Shown piece after piece: positions 11,265 to 22,000 of a stretch of 42,537 bases of DNA (the stretch's first letter is position 1; each line of letters opens with the position of its first letter). Position numbers and translations under genes: made by a program. Source of the stretch: Dimorphilus gyrociliatus (Eukaryota; Animalia; Annelida); NCBI GenBank assembly GCA_904063045.1, contig CAJFCJ010000097.1:1-42537 (forward strand). The letters are read 5' to 3'. A model generated the notes under the pieces. It worked only from the letters and a program-made list of their open reading frames with translations, did no database searches and was not told the DNA's origin.

Positions 11265-11615
11265 TGTACTTTGTTGTATTGTAATTGTAGGAAGTCCTAG
11301 CTCGTCACTATCAAATTTGTCCTCTCCAATCATTTACCAATGTGCCAAAGTACTGGTCCAAATAGAACCTTTCAAGTTCGTCCACAAGTAGTCTTAATAA
11401 ATGTAATTCCAGTAAAAATTAACCAACAAACACCAGTATTTCATTCAAAGAATATGTATTTGAGTAAATGAGTTTCTAGTTCTAAACAAGCAAGTTTGAA
11501 CAACCAGCTGATGGTTAGAAAACTGAACTCACTACTGTTAAATTCGTAGGGTTTATATACTTTTCCAATAGTTCACAGTTCACAGATAAAAATATTCACA
11601 CAAACAAATGTAACA
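11265..11615. repeat. Second dispersed repeat family (TGTAC...GTAACA), with partial inverted copies at ~14775-14960 and 22744-22819
   Basis: 11410-11585 aligns to the reverse complement of about 14775-14960. 11265-11341 aligns to the reverse complement of 22744-22819, with the same boundary ...CAACAAAGTACA. The class is uncertain (LTR-like or Penelope pLTR). Confidence 0.65.
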
Positions 11616-14439
11616 ATTTGGATAAAGGGAAAGTTCAAATATACTTCCATGTTTGTTACTTTTTCTTTATCTTGGAGAACTTTTGCTCCCTATTTTAGTA
11701 GGTCAGAAAGTTGCCTAAGATGTAACAATTATTAATAGAAGTTGGATTGATTCCAAAACACAAAAATAGGAAAAGGTCAACTTGATGCCGTTTTAATATA
11801 CAACAAATTATTAATAATAATTGTTTGTGTAAGATAATATGTTTCTGTGTAAAGGACTGGTAGGATAAAAGTATTAAACTTAATCATCCAATATAGTATT
11901 GTGCATACAATACTGTTGAAAAGTGACAATAATCTAAAAGCTCCAAATATAAATAGAATAGTGGAAGATATAATTAATATTCATTAAATATGATGTGTAT
12001 AATAATTTGGGTTAACATCTAAGTTGTAAAATACTTTTACAACTTGGTTTAAATAGTGTATGTTGTAGTTTTAGGTGTGTAGAGTACTCTATAATACTCT
12101 TTCAATATTGCTTTCCATTGATGAATGAAATGTAACAATTTGGGTGTATTGTGTGAGTTTGTGAGCCTGGTTACGAGCTTATGTGTTTAGTACCTACAAA
12201 CTGCCTAAATGTGTACAACTGCAAAACTCTTTATCAGATCCATCTGGACAATCCTGATGAAAATCACACACCAAAGTATATCTAATTGTCATATCTGATG
12301 TGAAACAATTAAATGTATTTTCCATATAATTTCTACAATCTTTTTCATCTTCTCCTAGTGAACAATCCCATATACCAGCATACTGATAAACAATATTGAT
12401 ATATATTTGACTAGTTTCACATAGGAAAATATTGTATTGAGTGTATTTAATAGATTTTTTCAAATATAATGTATTGGTATTAATCTTGTTGGAATCTAAT
12501 TTCAGATTATAAAAAGAATACAAATTTAAAAAAAAAAGAAATATTTTTATACAAATAATTTTTTGGCAAATGAAATAATTTTGTCTTCTTTTACAACTAA
12601 CTCTTCTACTTTTCCAACCTAATAACAGTTTGCACAGTTTGCCTTTTTAAAATTGTTAATATTTTAATAAAAATGTAAATTAATACTCACTGTAATCATA
12701 TTTATAAAATTCTACTGAAAATTCCACTAGATATGTATCTAAAATCTGAATTAGGTCATCATTATATAATGTAATATTTTTGTTTTTCTAATTCCGTACT
12801 AAAGATATTTCAGTACAATCTCCTTTATAATTATTATTATTTATAATTGCATTCCAAACGTTTGAATAAGTCATTTCTTGTAGTTCAATGCTATCAAAAT
12901 CTATATTAATTCCATAGCCTGAAAGACTTTGGGCCTGAAAAATAACACAATTTAAATTTACTATCTATTTTCAATAAAATACCTTGTGATCAGAAGGAAT
13001 GTATGATCTATTTTCATAATTGAACAAATAACATATTGATTTATATTCATAATAATTCATCCCAGAGCAATTTAAACTTTTTTTCATTATATTTGTGCAA
13101 ACTAAATCAAAGTTTAAAACACGATATTTTCTGTGGCAATTATTTTTTGTTTATCAATTTTTTTTTTTTTTTTAAATTGTAAACAAATCAAGTATACTCT
13201 GATTCCATAATTTCGGAATCTGTTAGATTTTTTGAAGTTCTTTTTCATTTTCTTTTTCAGAGATTTCAAATTTGTCATGTTTTGTATAAGCAATATCTGT
13301 ATAGTTAAATCCAAAATTTTCACAAATAATCTTATGCTCGTGTTGGTGAATAAATGGAATAGTTTGCCATCTATCATTCCATCTACCATTGGTATATTTC
13401 TGAAAATTGCCCCTTACACCAGGTAGATTATGCTTTATCCATGGTAAAATAAAAAAATCCTTTGTTTTAAATCTGAACTTTTTGTCTTGAAAGTTTCATG
13501 AAATAACAAAATAATTTTGACTTTCATAATCTGTTTAATTGTTTTTTTTTTTTTTTCACCTTTGACACATGGAACAATTAATAGAGATATATTTTGTCCT
13601 ATATCTTCATTGTAATGGCAATTAAATAATTGAAATTCACTTGTTGAACAATACTACATTGGTTGCTAAATTATAGAAAAGTCATATTTATACATATGTA
13701 ATTTTTTATAAAGCCTCAATATTTTCTCTCATCTCTATACATACAACTTGTTTTATTGTTTAGTAAAAGCATGATTTGAAAGAGTAGATCATATTAAAAT
13801 TATCACACAATGTTTTACAAAAATATTGTAAATTTTCAATTTGTTTAAAAATTAGTGGATTAACACCAAATGTTTTTGTAAATACAAAATATTCTGATTT
13901 TATACTAAACATATTTAAATATGCAAATGTTCTATTCATATTTTTTCTTGATATTTCAAAATTAACATCTAAAATAAATTCAAAATTCATAAATTAATTT
14001 TGAAATAAAATCAACAAAAAAACCAAAGAAAAGTTACCTTGAAAATTTGTAAATTTGCATAATTGTTTTACATTTGTTTCATTCTCAATATATATAATTT
14101 TTTTGATTTCTAAGTTTTTAATCAAAATTATGTTTTATATAAATTCTTCATGCTCTGAACAAAATATGATTGATATATTAGCAGATAAATTTGAATGGAA
14201 TGTTATTTCTTTTTATACTTTAATCAATTTTCTAAGGAAATATAATTTTCTAATTTTATATTCTAAAGCTTAAAAAGTGTTGTATTGATTATGTTTCATA
14301 CACTTCTAAAATTACAGTTTGAAATAAATTGAATAAAAATTTTCCTAATCATATAAATTAAGATGCAAAAAAAGTACTTTTCTAGCTATAGAATATGATA
14401 TTCAAAACAATGTAAAAATTGATGACGTTTCCATTATAC

Positions 14440-14660
14440 TTAGCCTTAGGTGTAAGATCAACTCTTTGTCTTATCCTTTTGTACTTATAATTTTGTCTCT
14501 TCAGCTCCCTCTGATTGGTTTTGAGGCTCACATTTACTTCTAACTCTTTTAAGACCTTTCCTGCTGTCAGCCTTTCCTTATTTTCATTGAAAAGTCTATT
14601 GATTTAATAATTTGATCAGGAATGAAAGGTAAAGCCATTATTTTCCTTTAATACAACCAA
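14440..14660 (-). mobile_element. Small composite remnant: Tc1 fragment fused to a short MULE transposase fragment
   Basis: At about 14440-14590, RLTAGKVLKELEVNVSLKTNQRELKRQNYKYKRIRQRVDLTPK is homologous in DNA to 985-1060 (agagggagctga.agacaaaatt). At about 14590-14660, RKIMALPFIPDQII resembles the MULE ALPF motif also seen near 26950. Confidence 0.6.
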
Positions 14661-14774
14661 AATGCAGGCTTCACTCAAGTAATACTCAAGTAATTAACTA
14701 TTATTGTTAAAGTAGAACATAGAACTGGACATTGTAAAATGCCTATGTTTTCATGATTGCTTGACTTATAACAA

Positions 14775-14960
14775 AGGAATTTGTGAACCATCAACCTTTG
14801 AAAGAGTATATAAACCATACCAAATCAACAGTTTATAGTTCAGTTCTCTAACCATTGGCTGGTTGTTTAAACTTTCTTGTTTAGAACTAGAAACTCATTT
14901 ACTCAATACATATTCTTTGCACGAAATACTGATATTTTGTTGATCAATTTTTACAATACC
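14775..14960. repeat. Inverted partial copy of the 11265-11615 repeat
   Basis: agttcagttctctaaccattggctggttgtttaaactttcttgtttagaactagaaactcatttactc is the reverse complement of about 11440-11530. Confidence 0.8.
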
Positions 14961-14999
14961 AAAGTGTTTTCCAAGTTGATAATACAAATTATGAAAAAA

Positions 15000-15450
15000 C
15001 TTTTTCACTCTTTTGCAATGTTTACCATGTTGTCTTACCTGGCTTGGTTTTGTTTTAGTGAAGTGATTGCTTGTTGTATTTTTGAGTCTTGATAAACGAT
15101 ATCTTTCTCTATCTTATGATGATATATTCTAGCTAGCCTAGCAATTTCTAATTCTGGTTTAGAAAGGTTGTTATTGATTTTTAATTGCATTGATTTTGCA
15201 GATACAATGCGAAATTTATATCCTTTTTCTAAAAAGTACACATATCTTTTGTCTTTCATTGTTTGGGTTCTTACAGGGCTTAATGGGTTGTGAGTTGTTT
15301 TGTAGAATAGCTTGTTTGTGTTGCACTTATTGTAGGTGACTTGTTTCAAATTAACTTGCTGTAAAACATGAGTAACAACTTTGTGTAGAAAAACTCTTAA
15401 GGGTATATCCTTGTAGTTAATTTTTCTTGCCTATGTTGCCAATATGCTTT
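15000..15450 (-). mobile_element. Possible highly decayed retroelement (Penelope-like thumb/linker) remnant
   Basis: The motifs LFYKTTH and FLEKGY...IYHH loosely resemble PLE LYxKPT and FxxRGY...TYH. The resemblance is weak and no catalytic motifs are present. Confidence 0.25.
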
Positions 15451-15548
15451 ACCAATTTACAATATTGTTGTGAATTCTTCAATTACTGTTGTTCTTGTCC
15501 ATTTCTAATATTGTCATTTATTTTCATTAACTACCAGAAATCATTGTA

Positions 15549-15690
15549 AATCTCCCAACTTATTACATAATGTTGAATTTTAATGATAGGATTGTTATTT
15601 TTTTGACAATCCTTAAAGTAACCTTATAACCACTGTCTAAAGCCCTTTTGAAGAAAGATGTTTGAGAATAATGAGTAAAACCACAACAAA
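15549..15690. repeat. Deleted duplicate of the 5' region of the LRR-only gene
   Basis: aatctcccaacttattacat (15549-15568) is identical to 29991-30010. It is joined directly to ataatgttgaat...ttttgacaatcc..aagtaaccttataaccactgt, which matches 30182-30290. Confidence 0.8.
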
Positions 15691-15840
15691 ACTTTTTGAT
15701 ATGATAGTATACATTTTAATGTTTTAATATTTTAAACAATCCTTCTGACATTTATAATCAGGGGATGTTTTGTTCAGGTGTTTGGCATTAAGACAACATA
15801 TAATTGGTATTTATATTAAATTACAAAAGTACTAGGCCAA

Positions 15841-17634
15841 ATGACACTCCTTTGGATCAGACCTGAAATTAATAGGAAACATACAAAAAAATGGTATTGT
15901 AAACCATTCATTCAATACAGTATTGAACAAAGTCTGGTTTTTTATTATTTTAAACATAGCATGTTATATAATCAAGGGAAATTATTTAGTTGGTTATTCA
16001 TTTGGTTTAACCATGTAATACATGGTTATAGTACAATTGTTATGCTTGTTAAGAAAAGTCCATTTATCAAAATGGCTTCATATACAATTGGCTTTTTATT
16101 GTTTTATATAGGATTTAATAATTTTTTAACACATGTTTTGAAAATAGAGAATTTGGAAAAATTATCTGACGATGAGAGGATTTTTCCATTGAAAAATATT
16201 ATTTTTATTATTGGATTTTGCCAAATTATAGTTGCAAGTATTGAAAAAATAGAATTTAGATTTCCTATTGAAATTCCTTCAGAATATTTTTTTGTATCAA
16301 CACTATTATATTTATTAAGGAATTGTTCAATACATTCAAATGATCAACTTATAGTCAATATTTATGGTAAAGTAATAACAATTGATTATATCCTACTAAT
16401 CATACATAATTTATATTTTATGAATAAGAAACAATTCTTTTATGGTGGAAAACTGGGACAATTCTTGTCTATGATACAATTTATAACATATCTTTTTTTG
16501 TTAATTTTTCAAATACCATTGTTAGTAGTAATTGGAATTATGAATTTAAATTATGAAATATTATTTACTTTTGTATTGAAAACTGATAGTTTCTCAATTT
16601 TTTATGAATGGTATTTCTATATTAAATCTATATATTTTGATGGAAAAGAATTGAAATATAAATTAAATTTACTTAATAAGATTTTAAGTGTTTATAATAT
16701 GAGAATTGATGATGATGATGATGATAAATCATTTCCAAATGTTATAAAATCGTTTATAAATGATATTAGTATTAATGAATTATGTTCAATTTATAATAAA
16801 TGTGAAAATATGTCAATTGATGAATTTAAGATGGAAATTGAGAAAATTGTTGAAAGGTTATTTGAGTTTAAAACTGAATCAAGTATATTTGGTATGAATA
16901 AGAAATTGGATACTGAAGAATATGTTAAAAAGTGTAACTATTGCAATCAATCTATTACTTTCTTCGATTCGGTTCAAATGGAATTTGAACATTATTCCTG
17001 CCTGAAATGTTGGAGAAAACTTATATCGAAAGGTAAAGGTCGAAGAGGTCGAACAACTTTATCATGTTTCGTTTGCTATAAGAAAGGTCAATCTTCTAAA
17101 CTAATTGAATTGTTTACTCAACATTTTTCATGTCAAAATTGCCTAAAATATTTAGCATCCTATAAATATTTTCCATGTTATTGTTGCGGAATACCAAATT
17201 ATATAATAAGATTTCAAGATGGAAATGAACAAATCAGAACTTTTTATAGTTTATTTCTTAAATTTAAAATAGATATTTTACCAGAACAATTAATGAAATC
17301 AATTATATTTGATTTTACTGAAAAAGAATTACAATCACTTTCTAACAATCCAAACCAAGAATCTACTGAAAAATTTAAAAAACAAATTTGGAGAAATGTT
17401 AAAATGGAACTTTTATGGGAAGTTCCTTATTACAGTGACCAAGATTTTATATCTATTCAAGCATTATTTCAAGAATTAAAAATGGATATTTTACCTGAAA
17501 ATGAAATGAAAACATTGGCTACTCTATTCTCCAAACTATTTTGGAAACTTATAAATGATGATTTAACAAGAGACCTTACTATTCCAATTTTTAAACGGGT
17601 TGTACAAGAAAATTCTTCTCATACTCGCCAATAA
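15841..17634 (+). CDS. Intronless multi-pass membrane protein with a Cys/His-rich tandem RING-like region (597 aa); function unknown
   Basis: It is a long clean ORF. About 5 hydrophobic segments lie in residues ~80-240. The Cys-rich region is CNYC-x13-FEHYSCLKC-x18-CFVC-x12-FTQHFSCQNC-x11-CYCC, and the C-terminus has a short internal repeat (KIDILPEQLMK / KMDILPENEMK). The start codon is uncertain. Confidence 0.7.
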   Translation: MTLLWIRPEINRKHTKKWYCKPFIQYSIEQSLVFYYFKHSMLYNQGKLFSWLFIWFNHVIHGYSTIVMLVKKSPFIKMASYTIGFLLFYIGFNNFLTHVLKIENLEKLSDDERIFPLKNIIFIIGFCQIIVASIEKIEFRFPIEIPSEYFFVSTLLYLLRNCSIHSNDQLIVNIYGKVITIDYILLIIHNLYFMNKKQFFYGGKLGQFLSMIQFITYLFLLIFQIPLLVVIGIMNLNYEILFTFVLKTDSFSIFYEWYFYIKSIYFDGKELKYKLNLLNKILSVYNMRIDDDDDDKSFPNVIKSFINDISINELCSIYNKCENMSIDEFKMEIEKIVERLFEFKTESSIFGMNKKLDTEEYVKKCNYCNQSITFFDSVQMEFEHYSCLKCWRKLISKGKGRRGRTTLSCFVCYKKGQSSKLIELFTQHFSCQNCLKYLASYKYFPCYCCGIPNYIIRFQDGNEQIRTFYSLFLKFKIDILPEQLMKSIIFDFTEKELQSLSNNPNQESTEKFKKQIWRNVKMELLWEVPYYSDQDFISIQALFQELKMDILPENEMKTLATLFSKLFWKLINDDLTRDLTIPIFKRVVQENSSHTRQ

Positions 17635-17834
17635 GATGGAACAGTTGTAAATGCCCAAGTTGACAGTATTTAATCATCTTTATGAAAGAGTTTGTAAGAT
17701 TTATTAAAAGGAACTTGAAAGAAAAACCATCGTTTAGACTGATTCGTTCACATTATTTTCTTATAGCTTGTTGTTCAAAATTAATGAAATATAGTTGAGA
17801 ATATTGCGAATGTGGTAATTAGTATTTAAATCTC

Positions 17835-18040
17835 TTATTGCTGAAAACACCCACTGTACTTATTGAAAAAGCTCACTTTGTTTATTGAAAATGCCTGAAC
17901 AACACATTGTATGCTTGCAATGTTGTGTGTCAGTGAGTGTGTCTTAGGATGTGTGTGTGGCAGGCCGAATAATGGCGAATTTGATGGTGGATCTGGATTA
18001 TTTGAATGATTGATATTATAAAGGCATAAATAATACAAAC
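17835..18040 (-). mobile_element. Possible Penelope-like RT fragment
   Basis: PLFGLPHTHPKTHSLTHNIASIQC resembles PLE RT LYGLPKxHK...PLRPIIAS. It is short and degenerate. Confidence 0.4.
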
Positions 18041-18054
18041 CCTCAATGCACTTG

Positions 18055-18256
18055 GGATGCGACAGAAAACGTCCACAAATTAGTGCTTTTACCCTAACCC
18101 TAACCCAGCCCTTAGCTGTATCTAACCTTTTCCATTAGCCCTAACCCTTAGAGGAGACCCGCCTAAGTACAAATCAATTGCTGTCTTCTTCTGCCTAACC
18201 ATTTTCTCAATCCAAATTTTTGTCTTGAAATTTCTCATTTGTGGACATTTTTCAAC
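18055..18256. mobile_element. Second copy of the telomere-motif MULE-type MITE
   Basis: It is nearly co-linear with 1576-1782 (ggatgcgacagaaaacgtccacaaat...taccctaaccctaacccagccc...agaggagacccgcctaagtacaaatca...atttgtggacatttt). The right terminus is damaged. Confidence 0.85.
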
Positions 18257-19026
18257 ATTTGTTATTGAAAAGGATATAACAGCTTTGATATGCATCTTTT
18301 GCTGTGTTTTTTATACCTTTATTAATTGCATAGTGGCACCATCTGTTATGGTTGAAAAATGTATTTGGTGCGAAATGGAAGTATTTCTAAAGCTCAATTA
18401 TATATCTAAAGTCTAAAAATCATTATGTTATTATTTCTAAGTGAAAAAATATAATTTATAACCATTTTCTTTTAATTTATGGTTTTTCTGGTGAGTCACA
18501 ACTAGATCAATACTGCTTCTCTATCCATAAAATATAGCAGACGAGTTTATTTGTACAGGTGTGCTGCATAGTATTAGTGCTGTTCTGTATAATAATAGTT
18601 TCATACTACTGGCCTCTATCGCTTAAAATTCCAAAAAAAGAAAGTAAGTGAATTTTTAAATGTTCTTTTATCATTTCTTATCTAGTCATTAATATTGTGT
18701 GTAAAATTTCTTGCGCATTTTAAGAATCATCATTACATTGAGAGATTGTTTAGTAGGAATCAATTTTGTGAAAACTCTAATTTAAGAAATTATCATTCAG
18801 CCTATAAGAGGCCATAACTGTTCTTTATAATCTCTTGCGTGGTTTTTAAGAATTTGCAAGTTACAACAGTACTGGTTCTCCTTGACCTTTGAACAAAGTG
18901 TTTGAAAAGCAGCAATATAAAAGTTCAAGAATTTTTAAGTAATCCAATTATGCAGTTATAAGACAAAAGACATTTTTTTTGTACAGATACCAAGATTCCA
19001 AAGGTTCTTGAAGATCATTAATCAAA

Positions 19027-22000
19027 ATGAATTCTCGGGATTGGCTATGTTTCAATTATTATATTCCAAATATTTTAATGTTATTAAACGAAACATATAA
19101 TTTTAAGAAAATTTGCATAAATTTAGTTTCAAAACAATTCATTCAAATAGAAAAGGCTAAAATTCTGGAAGAGCAGTATAAGGCAGAGAAAACTGCAGCT
19201 ACTAAAGATATAATCAAAATACTGAATGCCGGTACGTTAAAAGATGTTATTGAAATTTTAAGGGACTTGGACAACAAGTTGGCAAAATATTTAAGTGATC
19301 AAGAATTTGTATGGAAAAGGTTAATCTCTGATACAAAAGAAGAGAGGAAAAAAGATTTCACAACAATAAAACTTTTACCATTTAATAAAACTAAACAAGT
19401 TAAATTAACTGATATTTTAACAGATATTAAAATATCAAACATTTTTGAAAAACATATCTCTGACTCAGAACTTGTGAATACAGAAATTTATTATGAAAAT
19501 TTCTATGAAATATTTTATACAGATTTCAATAAGATTTTAATTCAAGGAGAACCTGGGATAGGAAAAAGTGTCCATATGAAACATTTACTCTATATGTGGG
19601 CAAATGAAAGATGGATTGCTGACCAGGAAAAATTGTGTATATTCATTATCCTCAGAAATGTGAATGGAAACAGATCAATTTATGAAGAGATATATAGACA
19701 AAATTTCAAAAATATTAATTATATAAATGAACATATTATTGAATTATTTTTTAAAGAAAAGCAAAAAGACATCATATTATTTTTAGATGGAGCAGATGAG
19801 TTTCATCATCCAACACATAAATTTAATGATATTATTGAAGGGGCAAACTGTAATATTCCAACTGCTATTTGGACAAGAAATTGGAAAGGTGAGGAAATCA
19901 TAACTACTTGTGATTATGCATTTGAATTAACAGGTTGGGGAAATGTACAAATAAAACAATTTTTTCAAAAATGTTTTCTCACTAATTCTAATAAAAAAGG
20001 GATTGAATTTCTGGAAAATGTCAAAAAACATCCAAAAATACAAAATCTATGTCAAGTACCACTTTTAGCAATGATTCTTTTTTTTATTTGGGAGGAAAAA
20101 GGTGACTTTTTAAACAAAACTCTTTTTCAAATATATGAAGATTTTGTTTGTATAATTCAAGAGAAAAATCTAGAAACCATTAATAACAATGATGTTGACA
20201 TGGAAGACATATATAAATCATGTTTTTTTAATCTTTCAACAAGTAAAATTATCCTTGACTTTTATACAGACAAAAATACAATCATGTATACAAGTTTAAA
20301 GGGAATTTTTGATGTCATTCCTGCTAAATTCAAGAAAAATGAATTACAATTCTATCATTTATCATTTCAAGAATACTTTTCAGCTAAATATCTGATAAAA
20401 GAGTTTAAGAATAAATCCAAAAAAACAATTTGGACATTGACAACTTTGTTGGATAAAGAAAAAACTTTGGATGAATTATTTAAAGAAAATAACAATATCA
20501 GGACATATAATACTTTAGATTTTGTTCAACAATATTCAAAATCAATATTTCAAAATATTCTTCTCTCATCTCAATTTGCTCAACAATTGTTCGATTGCAG
20601 TGAAACTGTACAAAATTATTTATCAAATGGTTTGGAAAGCAACCAAGAGATTAATTTAAAAAATGAAGATTTAAATGATACTATAGTTGGATTATTAATA
20701 GAAATCAATGGAAGTTGTTTATTGAATATTTCTATTCAGAACACCAAGATAAATATTACTTTTCTACTGAAACAACTTGCTTTGTACTCTCCATTGCTGG
20801 AAAAAATTGAAATAGAGAATAAAGATTTTTATTTTTCCTATCAAATGATATTTGAAGAACTGCTACCATTGATTACATCAACTAGGATTACATATTTTAT
20901 TGTCCATGATATTGAAGTTTTGGTTAGAAAAAGGAATAATAATAATAATTGTGTACCATCAAAAGAGCAAATTGAGAAATTAGAGATTTCAAATAATGAA
21001 TACAACACTGAGTGGTTGATTGAAGTTACATTTGGAAATGACCAATTCACTAGTTTAACTGATATATCATACAATTCTGAAATTTTTTACCAAAGAGCAC
21101 CATTAACATTTATTGAAAAACAAGAGTCTCTTCATGAGATTATTCTTCAGAATAAACTACTCTCTGGAAATGAAATGGAAGATCTTTTTAATATTTTAAA
21201 ATTTAAAAGGGAGCATCACAAATTTAATAAAATAGTGATACAAAATAGCTCAATAATAAATCTAAATAACCAATTTTTTAGAGAGTGTTACATTTATATA
21301 TCCAATAATTTAACAAATCAGCTACCATTCCATTCATATGATGATGACATTATGACACCAAATATTATTCAGATTAAACTTTTCAATGAAAAACTGAAAA
21401 TTTGTCTAAATTCTACAGAGGCAAATAAGAGAGTTGATGAAAAAGAGCTGATCGAATTGAATAAAAATACTATTGAATGTTTATACAACGCCTTGAAAGA
21501 GAAATTTGTTAACATGCTTTATTTTCCAATTGAATTAAATAATTTAAAATATAATACCAGTTATAGAGATATATTGACGGATCTCTTTGAAATATTGTGC
21601 CAAACACTGGAGATATTTAATATTGAACACCACACAGAGTTTGAAAATGAGCAAGGAACAATATCTCAACTTTTAACAAAATGTACCAATATAAAAACTC
21701 TATTATTTGAAAGTTATATCAAAGCTAACATTTATTTCAATTTCACATCATTTAAAGATACATTGAGAAATATCATCATTGTGGATTGCAAATTAAATAT
21801 TCAAGATTCAAAAACATTGGGTGAAAACTTACAAAAATGCTCTTTTTTAAGATATGTCAACCTATCAAAAAATAAAGATATGGGGAATGGCTTCAAAGTA
21901 ATATGTGATGGACTGAAATCTTCTTCAAAATGCTTGAAAATAATTAAACTTGGCTGCTGTGATTTTAATGATGAACTAGCTAAATGTCTAGGAGAAACAC

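Larger units (their letters stand above)
8050..13560 (-). pseudogene. Disrupted multi-exon receptor gene: CTL-like + CUB-like + several LDLa repeats + LRR remnants (GRL101/LGR-like architecture; no 7TM seen)
   Basis: LDLa repeats lie at about 12200-12420 (WDCSLGEDEKDC; VCDFHQDCPDGSD), 11040-11150 (CANKECI/ICDNNRNCLDKSDENC, frameshifted), 10580-10720 (FKCHSENFCIPLDLVCDGVNHC...DE) and 10400-10440 (SDELFC). A CUB-like GYGINIDFDSIELQE lies near 12900, a CTL-like GRWND near 13380, and LRR-like DPFQYFQKICHLLNLYSN near 8170. The gene carries stops, frameshifts and TE insertions. Its boundaries are approximate. Confidence 0.6.

Noticed and set aside
11500-11530. ctgatggttagaaaac as a minimal hammerhead ribozyme core
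   Set aside because: It has CUGAUGG rather than CUGANGA, there is no stem II, and the paralogous copy at about 14850 reads ccaatggttagagaac, so the core is not conserved.
17632-17673. In-frame 12-codon extension after the TAA of the TM-RING ORF (possible readthrough)
   Set aside because: TAA-G is a poor readthrough context, and a 12-codon open stretch is expected by chance.
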